A DNA stretch of 64,000 nucleotides, from assembly GCF_009914755.1 (NCBI RefSeq), contig NC_060929.1; one strand, written 5' to 3'. Both the position numbers and the translations under genes were made by a program. This stretch comes from the human T2T-CHM13v2.0 reference genome, Homo sapiens. Below, piece by piece: positions 42,271 through 55,949 of the stretch (the first letter of the stretch is position 1; each line of letters begins with the position of its first letter). The notes beneath the pieces are model-generated. The model was not told the origin of the DNA. It searched no databases and saw nothing but the letters and a program-made list of their open reading frames with translations.

Positions 42271-44846
42271 TTAGATAGAATTTATAAATATAAATTTAGA
42301 TATAGAAAGGTAGAAATATAGCTATAGGTGTACATGCAGATCATACAAAAGTAAGGAAACAGAGCAAATCCCAATTTTTGTTTTATTATTTTTTTCTTAA
42401 TTTCCATTGAAATCAGGGATAAACTATGTTCTTAATTACATTCTTTCCCTTCCTTCCATTTTCTCTCTTATCAGTCCTCCTGGCTTTTTTGCCACACTGA
42501 AGCCTCAGTTTCAGACATCAGAGTCAATAGGCAATTGCTATACAATTCCTATCTGCAGCAGGACCCAACCGCTTGCTTCCTCTTAAGTTGATCATGTATA
42601 TTTCCATCCTGGGGATGGGAGAGTTCCTATGTTGCTCAGGACTGCTACTCACTGTTTCCAGAGTTCTTTGTCTCTTCTGGAGGACTATGGGAACGTCTTC
42701 TTCAGTCAGTGCTTCCCTTCCAAAAGGGTCCCCTTCTTGAAGTCACAGGTTCCTCTCCATAGAATCAATTTTGTAGGTAAAAGGGGAGGGAAAAAAAACT
42801 TCATAAACCTCTACAAGCTTAATGTAGAGGGAACGGGAACAAAAAGAATATCAATAACAAAAACGACCACGAAAATAGCATAGCTTTAGTTTTTTACTGT
42901 TGCTAAATTTTCATGTTCTGCATAAGCAACCCTTTAGAAAGATAAGTGGATGATAGTGACTTTGTGAATAGGAAAAACATTTGGAGATAGAAACAGGCAG
43001 ATGGAATTGTATGGAAGCAGACCGTAGAAGTACACTGACCCTTTAAGGCAATTATATTTACCAAAGAATCATATAGAAACCCTATAGAAAAGACTCTTTT
43101 CTATAGAAGGGTTGCTTTTCAGAGCTTTAGCTATAGTCTGTCCTCAGTTTCTTTCCCAAGCACCATTAAACTGCACCCTCTTTCCTAACAACACTACTTC
43201 CATGTTATATCCAGCTACCGGTGGACTGCATGGAGCTGTATTTGGATTTGCTTTCTATCAGGAATAACAAAAATTCTATGATGTTAACCATCAAATAATT
43301 ATAACATTTTCTTTAATTTGTGTAAATTAATATTATTTTCATTGAAAATAACTTTTCAAAATGGCTGTACAGTAGTTTTTTAGTCATGGGAAAATAAATA
43401 AGAAAAATGTGTCAGAGTTAAATATGAGAAGGTATTTTATGGATGTTTGTAACTGAGTGAAGAAAATTAGAAGAGCAAGATTAAAAATATGCAGTTAAAA
43501 CACGAAGACACATAAGCACAAATACTCACACGGAGAAGTTTACAGCTTTAGAACTGACAAAAGATCTTATGAAAGACAATGTTGCTCATTAGCAGAGAAA
43601 CTGAGAAGAGTAATGAGTGAGGTTTGAAGAGTAGGTCATAAAAGAACATATCTGACACCAAGGCACAATGAAACACAATTAAAATGTTCTCAAGACAATT
43701 CATAAAAGGATGAAATGTATTGCACCAAGTTTTATGGCCTAATAAAACTAAAATGTACCTTCACTCTGTTGGAAAGGTTTATGAAGAGGAAGGAAAGACA
43801 AGGTGATATAAACAGGCGGTTTCTATGGTTTCTGAGGTACTACCTGAAAGGACAGATGAGCTCTTTTTTGTTTATAATATAATGGAAACATACTGGAATA
43901 AAAATAGTGGGCTTGAGTTATTTTAAGACCAGAACTAAATATTATATCTATGTTGAACTGAAATTTTTAAAAAATCAAAATTAAAAACTATGCCATTCCA
44001 TGTAGCAAGCTACCTTAAGAATTTCCATCCACAATTACCCTAAGGCATTTATTCCTTTCTTTGCAAAATAAATAGATACTGGATGGGTAGATAGATAAAA
44101 AAGATTCATTGCTTTTTTTCTCAGAAAAAATGTTTTTTAGTAAAACAAGTAATAGAGAATAGAAAATAAAATTAGTACATATATTTATATCTGTGCATGC
44201 AAACAACTATAATTACCATTGTCATAATTTAATGGTAACTATTAATATTATATTATTATATTACCATATTATTACTATTATGCTATTGAACCACATACTG
44301 TTTGATAGAATTGGCCCATTGTTTAACTGCATTTACTCATAAAAAAACAGAGCTATAAGTTATATTTATGATGTGTAATAGATTCATATAAACAGAACAT
44401 AAAAGAATTGGCATGTTGTAGTAGAGGTCTCACTTCCTGTTTACTTATTAATGATTTAAAGTCATGTGAGTGTATGGGTTTAAATATGCTAATTATTCAA
44501 TCTGTCCTCCTATCAGCCCTACTTATCTGCTTATAGAGTTTCAGTGGTGACAGTGTGATATTGCTTAAAATGTGAATTTTGTCTCTTTTAATTATAAGTT
44601 TTAGATTTTCCAGTACTATGGTTCATATTGAATTTTGGTGGGGAGATGTAACAGGGAAAGGACATTTCAGTTGAGATATAAAACAATACTGAGACTTGAA
44701 TTCTAAACTTCTACAATGGATTTTTCAGCTTGGTTTCTGGTCATTATCAAAACGAATGGAGAAATAACATTGTAAGCTAACATAACTCAAACCAAGTCAT
44801 TATGCTTTTTCTTGTGTATATCTATTAATTTAAAAACATAGCAAGT

Positions 44847-45405
44847 TTTTATGGGTTAAATTTTGCCTCCAAAAGGTATACTGAAGTCCTAATTCCCAGT
44901 ATTTTAGAATATGAGCTTATTTGGAAATAGTATCATTGAAGATGTAATCAGTTAAGGTGAGATGAGGCCATACGGGAGTAGGGTAGGCCACAACCCCAAT
45001 GTGACTGGCGTCCTTTTATAAGGACAGAGTGACAGGCAAGAAGAGAATATGTGTGATGACAGCAGTAGTGACTGAGGTGCTGCAGCTGCAAGGCAAAAAA
45101 TGCCAGCCGTTTGCCAGCCACCACCAGAAGCTAGGCAGCTAGAAAGGAGTCTCCCTTACAGGTTGGCCTTGTCAACACTTTGACATTGGACTTACAGCCT
45201 TCAGAATTGTGAGAATACAAATTTCTGTCATTTTATGCCTTCTAGTCTGTGGTCCTCGAATATCGAAGCCCCATTAGCGTGAAGATAGAGGATAGTTCAG
45301 CCGTAGTTCATGTCTCGGCTAATGTAGGTGACTGAGGAGAAGGCGGTTGAGGTATCTGGTGTATAATGTATAGCTTTGTAATAACGGCTCTGGGAAACTA
45401 ATACA
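44847..45405 (+). mobile_element. MLT1C-like solo LTR with TSD caagt, interrupted by a NUMT
   Basis: ttatgggttaaatt...cttatttggaaatag...ccaccagaagctagg...ggaaactaataca; caagt at 44842 and 45406. Confidence 0.88.
45258..45374 (-). pseudogene. MT-CYB: NUMT: 117-bp fragment of mitochondrial cytochrome b (about codons 52-90)
   Basis: Minus strand in the vertebrate mitochondrial code reads [39 protein letters not shown] (TGA=W, ATA=M), matching cytochrome b [39 protein letters not shown]. Confidence 0.96.
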
Positions 45406-45673
45406 CAAGTGTTTAAAATTTGTATACATCAAATTCATTATTCACTAAAAATTGGAAAAATGATTTTCTAAAATAATAATTTTGTTACTGATGACATTGC
45501 AATTAATGAAGAAACTAATTTATCTGAAATATTCCACTAGTGTAGAAAATGTCCTGATTTTCAGTTGATTTAAAATATATATATTACTATTGCACAACAC
45601 TCTAATTGAGTGCAATAAAAACATAATTGAGTTTTATTTTTATGTTATGCTTTCTTTTTTATAAAAGAAATCT

Positions 45674-45929
45674 TGGGAGGCCGAAATGGGCAGATCACAA
45701 GGCCAGGAGATCGAGACCAGCCTGGCCAACATGGTGAAACCCCATCTCTACTAAAAATACGAAAATTAGCTGGGCATGGTGGCGGGTGCCTGTAGTCCCA
45801 GCTACTTGGGAGGCTGAGGCAGGAGAACTGCTTGAACCCAGGAGGCAGAAGTTGCAGTGAGCCAAGATCTGTGCCACTGCACTCCAGCCTGGGTGACAGA
45901 GCAAAACTCCATCTAAAAAAAAAAAAAAA
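45674..45929 (+). mobile_element. 5'-truncated AluS
   Basis: Starts tgggaggccg; polyA; TSD aaaagaaatc. Confidence 0.93.
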
Positions 45930-47189
45930 GAAATCATAGTAGATTAAAGAAATCATAGTAGATTAGAGTTCAAGATATAATATTTAGACATTATTTATTT
46001 AAAGGAAAATAGGAATTAGTTACATATTTTTTCTTTTAGCTTTGTAATGCCAAGTCTTCTAAGTCTCTCTTCAGTTATTCCAGATAGCAACAGTTTAAAT
46101 ACTCCTGAGGTTTTCCTCAAATGCTTTGCCTCATTTAAAAAAATTGATTGTAAAAAAACAAAACAAATAGGAGTATACAAAATGCGGAAGCATGTTTATG
46201 AGTTAGTTATGGTTATTTTCATTGCTCTATGCTTCAAATCTCTATGGCTCAGTTTAATGGTGCCTGAAACCCAGATGGTTATGGACATGATAATCAAGAT
46301 GCATCTGCCTCACTTGTTTACTCAGAAACCCAGACCAACAGAGGTTCTGTTGTCTTTGGAACATGACTCCCAAAGTCAACCAAGAATATTAAATCATCAG
46401 GTTGCCTAAGTTGATGGCAATCCTTGCAAAGTCCCTCTTTTTTTTTTTTTTTTAAACAAAATGTGTACCACTTGTTGTCATGCGTACTTTGAGAGAATGA
46501 CTGGTCCAGGTTGAACAGAAGAGTTAAACAAATGAGACAGAATTCCTCAGTATATCTGGACTTGAAGTTCTTCAAGCAAGCTCTTTATTTCCCTAAAATC
46601 TGATGAAACTGTGAAATAAAAAGACAAAAACCCTCACACACAAATCTTATAAAATATGGAACAGGACCAGGATTTTTGCAATTAAAACTCCCCTTAAAAA
46701 GGAGTTGACCACCTTGGTAAGGTTCCTTTCTTGAAGTGGAGAAGTTCTTCATCAGACCCTGATTTTGTTCCCTGGAAGTCATCTTACATCCATTATCCAC
46801 CCTGGCTACATGTAAAGTGAATGTTTGGTAACAGCCCTTTTTTGGTGTGCTACGATTTTTCCACAGATCTACAGTTTTTCAGGCTGTTTTTTTCTACATG
46901 CAAGCGTAGGCCCAAGTGGTGTTTTCCTGCTTGAATTGCCTAAGGTTATTTTAGTCCTAGTTTTATGATTCTTTGGTAAATATAATTGCCTAAAAGTGTC
47001 AGTGAGCTTCTAGGGTCTGCTTCCATATAATTCCATCAGCCTGTTTCTATCTCCAGACTTTTTACCTATTCACAAAGTCACTATCATCTACTTATCTTTC
47101 TTTCTTACAAATAACCACAGCAACTTTGAGACTCATCTCACTTTGTCCTATAGTTGAAACACTTTCTTCAACTGAAATGTTTTATTGGT

Positions 47190-47554
47190 TGCTATGGTTT
47201 GGCTGTGTCCCCACCCAAGTCTCATCTTGAATTGTAGCTCCCAAAATGTCCATGTGTTGTGGGAGGAACCTGGTGGGAGATGATTGAATCATGGGGGTGG
47301 GTCTTTCCCATGGTGTTCTACTGATAGTGAATAAGTCTCATGAGATCTGATGGTTTTCTAAAGAGCAGTTCCCTTGCACACATTCTATTGCCTGCTGCCA
47401 TGTAAGACGTGCCTTTGCTCCTCCTTTGCCTTCTGCCATGATTGTGAGGCCTCCCCAGCCATGTGCAACTGTGAGCCCATTCAACTTCTTTTTCTTTATA
47501 AATTACCCAGTCTCAGGTATGTCTTTATTAGCAGCATGAGAATGGTCTGATTCA
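47190..47554 (+). mobile_element. THE1B-like solo LTR
   Basis: tgctatggtttggctgtgtccccaccc...gaattgtagctccc...aattacccagtctcaggtatgtctttattagcagc. Confidence 0.93.
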
Positions 47555-50129
47555 CTGGGTATTGTTACTCAAAACCATTTTAGACAATGTTTGTAATTGG
47601 GCCCAGCAGGACTCATCCTTTTCAGTTGCCATGCCTTTGAACATTGAAGTTTCTATGTATTCCATATGATTATTGTTTAAAACCCAATCAGCTCCTACCT
47701 GTGCTCATTTCTTATTCATAATACCTTGCCAAAGGCAAATGACAACAACATTCTGGTTCCTTCCAATCACTTCATGCAGAGATACAGGCTTAAGCACATT
47801 AGGTCTGTTTTCTATGCAATCTCACTTTATAACATAGACAATTAGTCTGGCCATTAAGGAATTATTGCATATTTATATTTTTATAAAGGCAATAAACCAT
47901 TTTAAGACAACAATGACTGACTTCTTACTAGACACAATAATACAAGCTCAATAAATATTTAATGAATGAATTCCTTTCTTTCATTTGTAATTTGAAGAAT
48001 GTTGTCAGTTTTTCATAGTCTACCCCAAGAAAGATAATTTTATTTTATAGAGAAATTTAATAGAATAAGTTTGTATTTCATTGTTATTTAAAGACCCATA
48101 TTAGAATTACATAGTTTGAATTTTATTGTACCCACTTCTCATTCCAGATTTTTTTTCTCTAATTATAAAACGAACATAATAACTTCAAAGTGTTAGTGAC
48201 CAAAGAGTATTCCAAAACATGGAGGGAGACATCAGTTTTCTACTGAAAGCAACTCATTTTTAGACCTCAAGAGATGTGTGAATTCTCAGGAAGGCTACTC
48301 TGGCACTGTCTAAATTTCTATTTCTCTTCATGTTATTTATTCCATAGGCCAAAGGTTTTTTTTGTGTGTGACTACATAAATAAATGCACCTGCATTATTT
48401 TTCCTTGTGTAATTAAGATTGTCATTTCGTATGCACCATGAGTGCCCATTTTCCTTTACATGTTCCAAGGCCTTGTATCTTTGTGTATATCTTAATATTT
48501 ACGTTGATTGTTGAACTGTTCCTCCTTGTCTGTATTAACGAACCATGTGATTATCCAATTACATGTAATGAAGATACATTTAAATCTGTGATTCTATAAA
48601 CAAACATTTGAAAATGTCAACCACAAAGATTGTAGAAATCCTCTGTTATCTGTTAAATATTGTAGAAATAGTGTGCTGTAAAATGTTGAGATATATGTTT
48701 TCATAAAGTGTTGCTCATGTTGACAGTTTTATGAGTTAACATTCCATAGCCTTCCTGATATCTGACAGTTATATTTATTCATGCTGCATTCAGTCTGATA
48801 CCAGAAAAAATTTCTTCTATTGATGAATGTGTGTGCCATGGTCCCATTTCTTAGGGTGACAATGCAAAAACTATTGAAACTACAGTACCATATTTTTGGG
48901 TGTCATCGTTTTTCATGATCGACTTCCAGTTTTGTTGTGTTCTGTGGAATCAAATGGGAAAGGATGTGTGTGTTTGTTAAATGCATATGATCCGAGGATC
49001 ATTTTTTCCTAGTAGATGTGACAAAATTCAGTTTTAAATTATCTTCCATTTCCTTACAGTTATGATTTATGGCTCCAAAATAGTGCCAGAACTTTTGGCA
49101 ATTTTCTTTTGTCTATATATATTTTTTATAAAGTTAAGTTTTTAATAAAAAGCTTAATATTAGGTCCATTTTGGAGTTGTGAGTCATATATATATATATA
49201 TATATATCCTGATAAAATACATGGTTCCCAAGATATTTAGTCAATTCAGTTCTCTCTCTCATGTCGGTCTTCATATTTCAAAATGAAAGAATCTTCAAGA
49301 TGTAAGCATACAAATCACACATAAGAAACATCTAAAAAAAGACCTCAAAAATGTATACAGAGAGTTCTATTGTCAGCAAAAATGGAGCAAGCTCACTCCA
49401 GCCTATTAGTCCTACTCTTCGCAACAAGAAACCTGGATTCTGGAAAGCTAATAACAGCAAGCAGACTGGGACAAAAAGTGAAAACTGAAGAAAGACCTGC
49501 ATGCTGGTGAATTTCCCATTTTTTCCCATCATGTGTCTCCTAAGTATGGCTAAACTCAAGGAACTTTGAAGTATATGTGCACAACAAAAACTGCAATTTA
49601 AACAATAAGCTGGAGAGTTTAGGGTAAAATGTTTTTTTCTCCCTGTCCTACTCCAAGGACAACGTCATTTATTAAACTGCACTGCTAAAGTCTTGCTGCA
49701 GACAGCTAACACCTGATACAGAACAACTGCATCTCTGGCCAGAAGGACCAGGTAGAGGAGTCTATATTGTCCAAAACGTGTGGGAAGAGTCCTGCTATTT
49801 TTCTCCCTCTTTTCTCTTGCTACTTTGCTCAGAGTAAAACTACAATCCTCTGGAAATTTGCAATGAAGTGGATGTAAAGGAATTAAGACTCAGAGAAATC
49901 TTTGTTTTGAACTAAAGAAATCAAAGTAAGTGGCCCTTGGCTTCTGGAGGTTGTCAAGGAAACACTGGTGAGAGGAAAACTTGATCCTTTGATCCTGCAA
50001 TTTTGTGTGTGAACCCATAAGAATCTCAGACTTACTCTTGAACTTGCCATTCACACAACAGCCTCAAAGAAGCATTGCAAAGGCTTGAGAGCTAAGTATT
50101 CTATGAACCATGTTTAAAATACGACATCC

Positions 50130-50329
50130 CACAGAATTATCCAGCCCATGGACAAACTTGTACAGCTCATAAGCTAATAATGTTTTCTACATTTTTTAAA
50201 AGGCTGTAAAACAAGCAAGCAATCCAGCAAGTTTGCAAACAGACAATTAATATGCAACATGGACCATATGTGAGTCACAAAACCTAAGATATTATATAGT
50301 CCTTTACCCAGAAAAAATGCTGATCCCTG
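50130..50329 (+). mobile_element. MER58 (hAT-Charlie) fragment
   Basis: aagctaataatgttttctacattttttaaaagg...aaacctaagatatt...cctttacccagaaaaaatgctgatccctg. Confidence 0.7.
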
Positions 50330-50899
50330 ATAGCCATTGTCCAAATCCAATACTAACCCCTAAATAGCATGTGCACAGGGTGGCACAAAGAGCACAGCAT
50401 ACTAACTTCAATTTGAATTGTAAAGACTAGTTACGCATCTCTCAAGTTCTAGAGCTATCAATTAAACAAAATAACAAGAGATACAGACAGCACACTATTG
50501 TCTATATGGTCTATGCACAATTCTATACACAACCCTAATCAAATCTCAGTAGGATATTTTGCAGATATTGATAAGCTGTTTCTAAAATGTATATGGAAAA
50601 GCAAAGGGAATACAATCCTCAGAATAAAGGAAGTGCACATTTTCAGGACTCATATTTTCTGATTTGAAAACCTACAATAATGCTACAATTATCAAGTCAC
50701 AGGTAAATATGACAGAATAGAGGGCCTGGAAATAGATCCAAACAAAGATGATCAGTTAATTTTTGACAAATATGAAAAGAAAATTCAATGAATAGACCAC
50801 TGCATTCAAAAATGGACTGTGATGTTTGTACAAATATCAAAAATATGAAAGTTGATGCACACTTCACAATTTATATGATAATTACTTGAAAATATATCA

Positions 50900-51885
50900 C
50901 CCTCATCAGATAAATGCAAATCAAGGCTATAATGAGATGTTATCTCACACCATTTAAAATGGCTTATATCCAAAAAACAGGCAATAAAAAATGCTGGTGA
51001 GAATATGGAGAAAAGGGAACCCTTGTACACTCTTGGTGGGCATGTTGATTAGTACAGTCACTATGGAGAACAGTTTGGAGCTTCCTCAAAAAACTGGAAA
51101 CTGAGCTAGCATGTGATCCAGCCATCCCACTTCTGGGTATGTCCCCAAAAGAAAGCAAATCAGTATATCGAAGGGATAGCTGCACTGTTTGTTGCACCAC
51201 TGCTCACAATAGCTAAGATTTGGAAGCAATCTAAGCGTCCATCGACAGATGAATAGATCAATTAAATGTGGTACGTATACACAATTTTGTATTATTCAGC
51301 CATAAAAAAGAATGAGATCCAGTTATCTGAAGTAACATGGATAGAATTGGATATCATTACGCTAAGTCAAATAAGCCAGGCACAGAAAGACAAACACTGC
51401 ATGTTCTCACTTATTTGTGGGGTCCAAAAATCAACACAATTGAAATAACGGGCATAGAGAGTAGGAGGATGGTTACCAGAGGCTAGGAAGGGTAGCGGGG
51501 ATCTGGGGTGGGGGAGGTAGGGATGGTTAATGGATACAAAAAATAGGAAGAATAAATAAGATCTACTATTTGATAGCACAACAGGGTCACTATAGCCAAT
51601 AATATTATGTTGGTGCTAAAGTAATTGTGCTTTTCCTGCTGAAAGTAACGGCAAAAACCACAATTACTATTGCATCACCCTTATATCTTAAATAACATTT
51701 TAAAATAACATAAAGAATGTAACTGGAGTGTTTGTAACTCAAAGGATAAATGTTTGAGGGGACAGATACCCAGTTCTCCATGATGTGTTTATTTCAGGTT
51801 GCATGACGGTATCAAAGCATCTCATATACTCCATAAATATATATACCTACTACATATCCACAAAAAAATTAAAAATGAAAAAAGA
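50900..51885 (+). mobile_element. L1MA (about L1MA2-3) 3' end
   Basis: aaatggcttatatccaaaaaacaggcaataa...gatctactatttgatagcacaacaggg...tatacctactacatatccacaaaaaaattaaaaa. Confidence 0.88.
51605..51683. mobile_element. MADE1 MITE (Hsmar1-derived palindrome)
   Basis: ttatgttggtgctaaagtaattgtg...ccacaattactattgcatcaccctta, about 79 bp, TA on both sides. Confidence 0.92.
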
Positions 51886-52311
51886 AATGCATTATGAAGC
51901 AACATGTAGAACGTAAAAGTGTAAAACTTTTAGAAGAAAAATTGGTAAAAACTCTTGTGAGTTTTTTTAGCAAAGTTATCTAAGATACCCAAAGCACAAT
52001 CCCAAAGACCACATTATTAAATGGACTTCTATGATTATGAAGAACTTTTGCTATGCAAAAACAACTCTAAGTACAAAAAGACAAGTATGTGTATCCAAAT
52101 ATATAAAAAAATCAAAACCCAACAATTAGAAAACAAACAATCCATAAATATTGGACCAAAAATTTAAATAGACACTATACCTAAGAAAATATAAAGATGG
52201 CAAATAAGCACATGAAATTTGTATCATCATTGGTAAGTAGGAAAATAGTAATCAAAACTGTAATGTGATGTCATTATACACCTACTAGAATGGCCAGAAC
52301 AATGTATGTGT

Positions 52312-52603
52312 CGTTGTTGTTTTTGAGATGAAGTCTCACTCTCTCGCCAGTGGAGATTGCAGTGATACGATCTCGGGTCACTGCAATCTCCACTTCCCAA
52401 GCTCAAGTGATTCTCTTACCTCAGCCCCCAAGTAGCTGGGATTACAGGCATGCACCATCATGCATGACTAATTTTTGTATTTTTAGTAGAAATGGGTTTC
52501 ACCATGTTGGCCAGGCTGGCCTCTTAACTCCTGACCTCAGGTGATTGACCTGCCTTGGCCTCCCAAAGTGCTGGGATTACAGGTGTGAGCCACCGCACCC
52601 AGC
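52312..52603 (-). mobile_element. Alu (old S/J)
   Basis: Antisense dimer; TSD gaacaatgtat. Confidence 0.93.
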
Positions 52604-54312
52604 AGGAACAATGTATTTTTATGTGTGATGATAGTAAGTACTGACAAGGATATGGAGCAATCAAAACTCATATTTCTTATGAAAACACAAAATGCTACTA
52701 TACACTTTGATAAAGCCTTTCACAATAAATTATAGACTTAAAAGTGCATTTACATGAACAACTCATCCTACTCCTAGGTATTTAGACAAAGGAAATAGAA
52801 ACTTATGTTCACACAAAGCCTGCAATAGTTATTTATAGCAAGGTTGTTCATAATCATCAACAACTGAAAACAACCTTGTGAATGGATATACAACGTATAG
52901 TACATTCGTACACTGAAATGCTGCTTGGTAATAAAAAGAAAGTAAAGATTGATGTATACAACTACATGTATAAATTTCCAATGCATCATTCTAAATAAAA
53001 AAATGCTAGATTCATACTTCATAATTTTATTCATATGGCATTCTGGAAAAGGGGCAGCTACTTAGGACAAAAACAGATCGATTGTTGCCAGAGGTAAGGC
53101 TGGGTTCGGGAGACGACTATAAAGGGATAATAATAAAAAATTCCAGAGGGCAATGAAACTGCTCTGTATCTTTATTCTGGTGGTAATTATACAACCCTAT
53201 GCATTTTTCATAATTCCTACAACTATTAATCAAAAAGTGGACATTTATCTGTATGCAACTTTGAAGCTAAATTTTACAAACATAAGGAAGATAGACATGG
53301 CCTCCCATCATTCTCATAAGGTTAGGGATACTAAATCATCCCCATTTAAAAACTGAAAAAAAAAAAAAAAAAACTGAGGCTTTCATTAGTGTCATAGTGA
53401 GGACATACCTGGCAGAGCAGGTGTCCACCTTTCCAGCTTCACATGGGTTTCAATTAATTAATTAATTGTGTTTACTTTTAGAATAAACATGTTTTGTTAT
53501 AGAATTTATATTTTCTTCTGACCACAAATGTAAGACTCTTTGCTACAGAAAATTTAGAAAATCTAGGCAAATCGAAAAGAATTAGAAAACAATTGTGTGC
53601 CACCACCCAATATTGTATATGGAAAGAAGAGTGGCAGAAGAGTGAAATTGACCAGCATAATCAATGTATTATTCTTCACATTAGCTTGGGGACAGAAGGA
53701 CCATTGTAGATTACAGGGCATATCTCAGGAACATAGTCGATGTGGTTGGCAATGCAGAACATATGGGCGGCAAAACAGGACACGTTCAGTCAGCAGAGCA
53801 GGAACCCCACCATCTCATGGAAACACCGGCTACGTTTACTTATTGCTCTATCAAGCAGATTTACTGAATTATGTGTAATTTCTGACAGAGTATATTAGAC
53901 CAAAAGATTGTGACACAGATTGAAACTTAGAGTAAAATGTTCCCTTACTTTTAGTACGTTGTTCAGAAGCTTTATTTCACAGAGATAGCATAGGCAAAAG
54001 TGAAAGACAGGCTGTTCACTCTGCACTCTTGAAATGGCGTCCATTTCTTGCTTCTTGTATACGCTAATTGTACTCTAAGTCGGTGCAAATTGTACTCTAA
54101 GTCGGTGCAGGGTACAAATGTATTTGTTCAAAGAAAGAGAAGCAACATAGAACTAATAAATCATATGACATATACAGTGCTTTCTTTCCTGATCAGACAC
54201 AATATTTTCAGTGCTGTGACTGGCTGGGTGTTATCTTCTTGCTTTGTTTTGTTTTTTCCCCAATAGTCCTGAGACAGTACTGGAATCTCAACTAATCCCA
54301 ACCATTATTTGC

Positions 54313-54330
54313 TGCCAGCAGAGGGCAGTA
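54313..54330 (+). promoter_or_regulatory. Candidate CTCF binding site
   Basis: tgCCAGCAGAGGGCAGta matches the CTCF core CCASYAGRKGGCRS at every position, in non-repeat sequence. Confidence 0.6.
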
Positions 54331-54529
54331 GAAGGCTTCCACAGGACGACTTGAAAGAAGGCTTCTAAGAGCTACTAAGCATAAGAGGGTCAGATTAGCA
54401 AATAAAAACCCCATCAAGACCAGGGACACTGACATTTGAGGAGGTAAAAGGCACTGCGACAAGAATTATGTGACGTATGCAAGCACAAGCTAATAGTCAC
54501 AGAGGGGTGGTTCAGTCGCATAAAGGACT

Positions 54530-55340
54530 TGATGTATTTATTCGTTCATTCTCCCACCGAGTTATGTATTTAGCACCATCCAACCTGACTACAGTTTCTT
54601 CATTTACTGAGGTTCTATAGTGCTGATAACAAGCTCATAAGATATATGAAGACTGCTTAGTGCTATTTGCAAAATATCACTGCAGGTTTTTCTTTTAACT
54701 CTAAAATCTCTCAAAATATAAGACAGGACTATTTGATCATCGCATTTTAGGAAAATAATTGCCACCACTATCATTAAACCAACTCCCTCTGTACAGGTGC
54801 ACACCAGTTGTAAATAGTAGTCTAATTCCATGTATCTTAAATGTAAAAGAAGTGTTTTTCTTAGAATTAAAGAAATATACTAAGACTCACCTAAGTGTTA
54901 GGCATATATCCACAATATTAAATGAAGGTGAATCATTTATCACACAAGCATGTAAAAGTGGTGAGCCCACAGCCAGGACAGGAACAAACAATGCCTTCTG
55001 GCAAGTTTCACTGAGACTTGAAAGATGAATTATCATAAGGTAAGAGTTTAAAAGGTTGAGCTAGGACAGAAAACCCTGCTGAGAGACAAATAATTCTCAA
55101 ACAAAGAAACTGCACGTGCAAATCTGACACAGGCAAAAGTGTGGAACACTCAAAAAACAGAATGCAATCCAATGTGGCTGAGCAGAGAAAGTGATGGGGA
55201 GGAATTTATGCAATGAGACCAGGGAACTAGATCCAGAAAGAAGCATATGGGGTCTTGTGGGCTTTGTTAAATATTTTGGAGTTTATTATAATGCCATTTG
55301 GAAACTATTAGATGGATTCAGCAGAAGGAAAGTAAACAAC
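54530..55340 (-). mobile_element. L2 fragments
   Basis: ttcgttcatt...gtatttagcacc; caatccaatgtggctgagcagag...gccatttggaaacta. Confidence 0.5.
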
Positions 55341-55652
55341 ATAAAATTAGAGTAAAGCAGTGTGTTTTCAAACAAAGAGCAAAGACTTGGGGACCACCAT
55401 AATTGGGTGTGAAACTTGGCTCTACCACTTACAGACTTTATGGCCTTGGCCAAATAACTATATTTTTTCATGTCTAACACCTAACAAAATAAGTAGCAAG
55501 CAGAAGTCAGAATTCACACCCAGGTGTGTGCGTGTGTGTGTGTGTGTGTTTGCGTGTGTATACAGAGTCATAAAAACTATGTCATTATCTCTGATAGTAA
55601 TTGTACTGTGAGTGGCATCATTTCAAGTGCAGGCCTTAGCCATATAATTCTT

Positions 55653-55949
<297 letters not shown>

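Larger units (their letters stand above)
49360..53280 (+). mobile_element. Fragmented old L1M (5' region, ORF2 pieces, L1MD/ME-like 3' end) with nested inserts
   Basis: ORF2 remnants at 50480-50900 and 51900-52300; 3' end ctcctaggtatttagacaaaggaaatagaaacttatgttcacacaaa. Confidence 0.6.

Noticed and set aside
43078-43114. Short inverted repeat ctatagaaaag...ttttctatag
   Set aside because: About 10-bp AT-rich arms are expected by chance at this base composition
46047-46409. 120-aa ATG ORF in unique sequence
   Set aside because: No recognisable domain, no coding-like composition, no supporting splice or promoter structure
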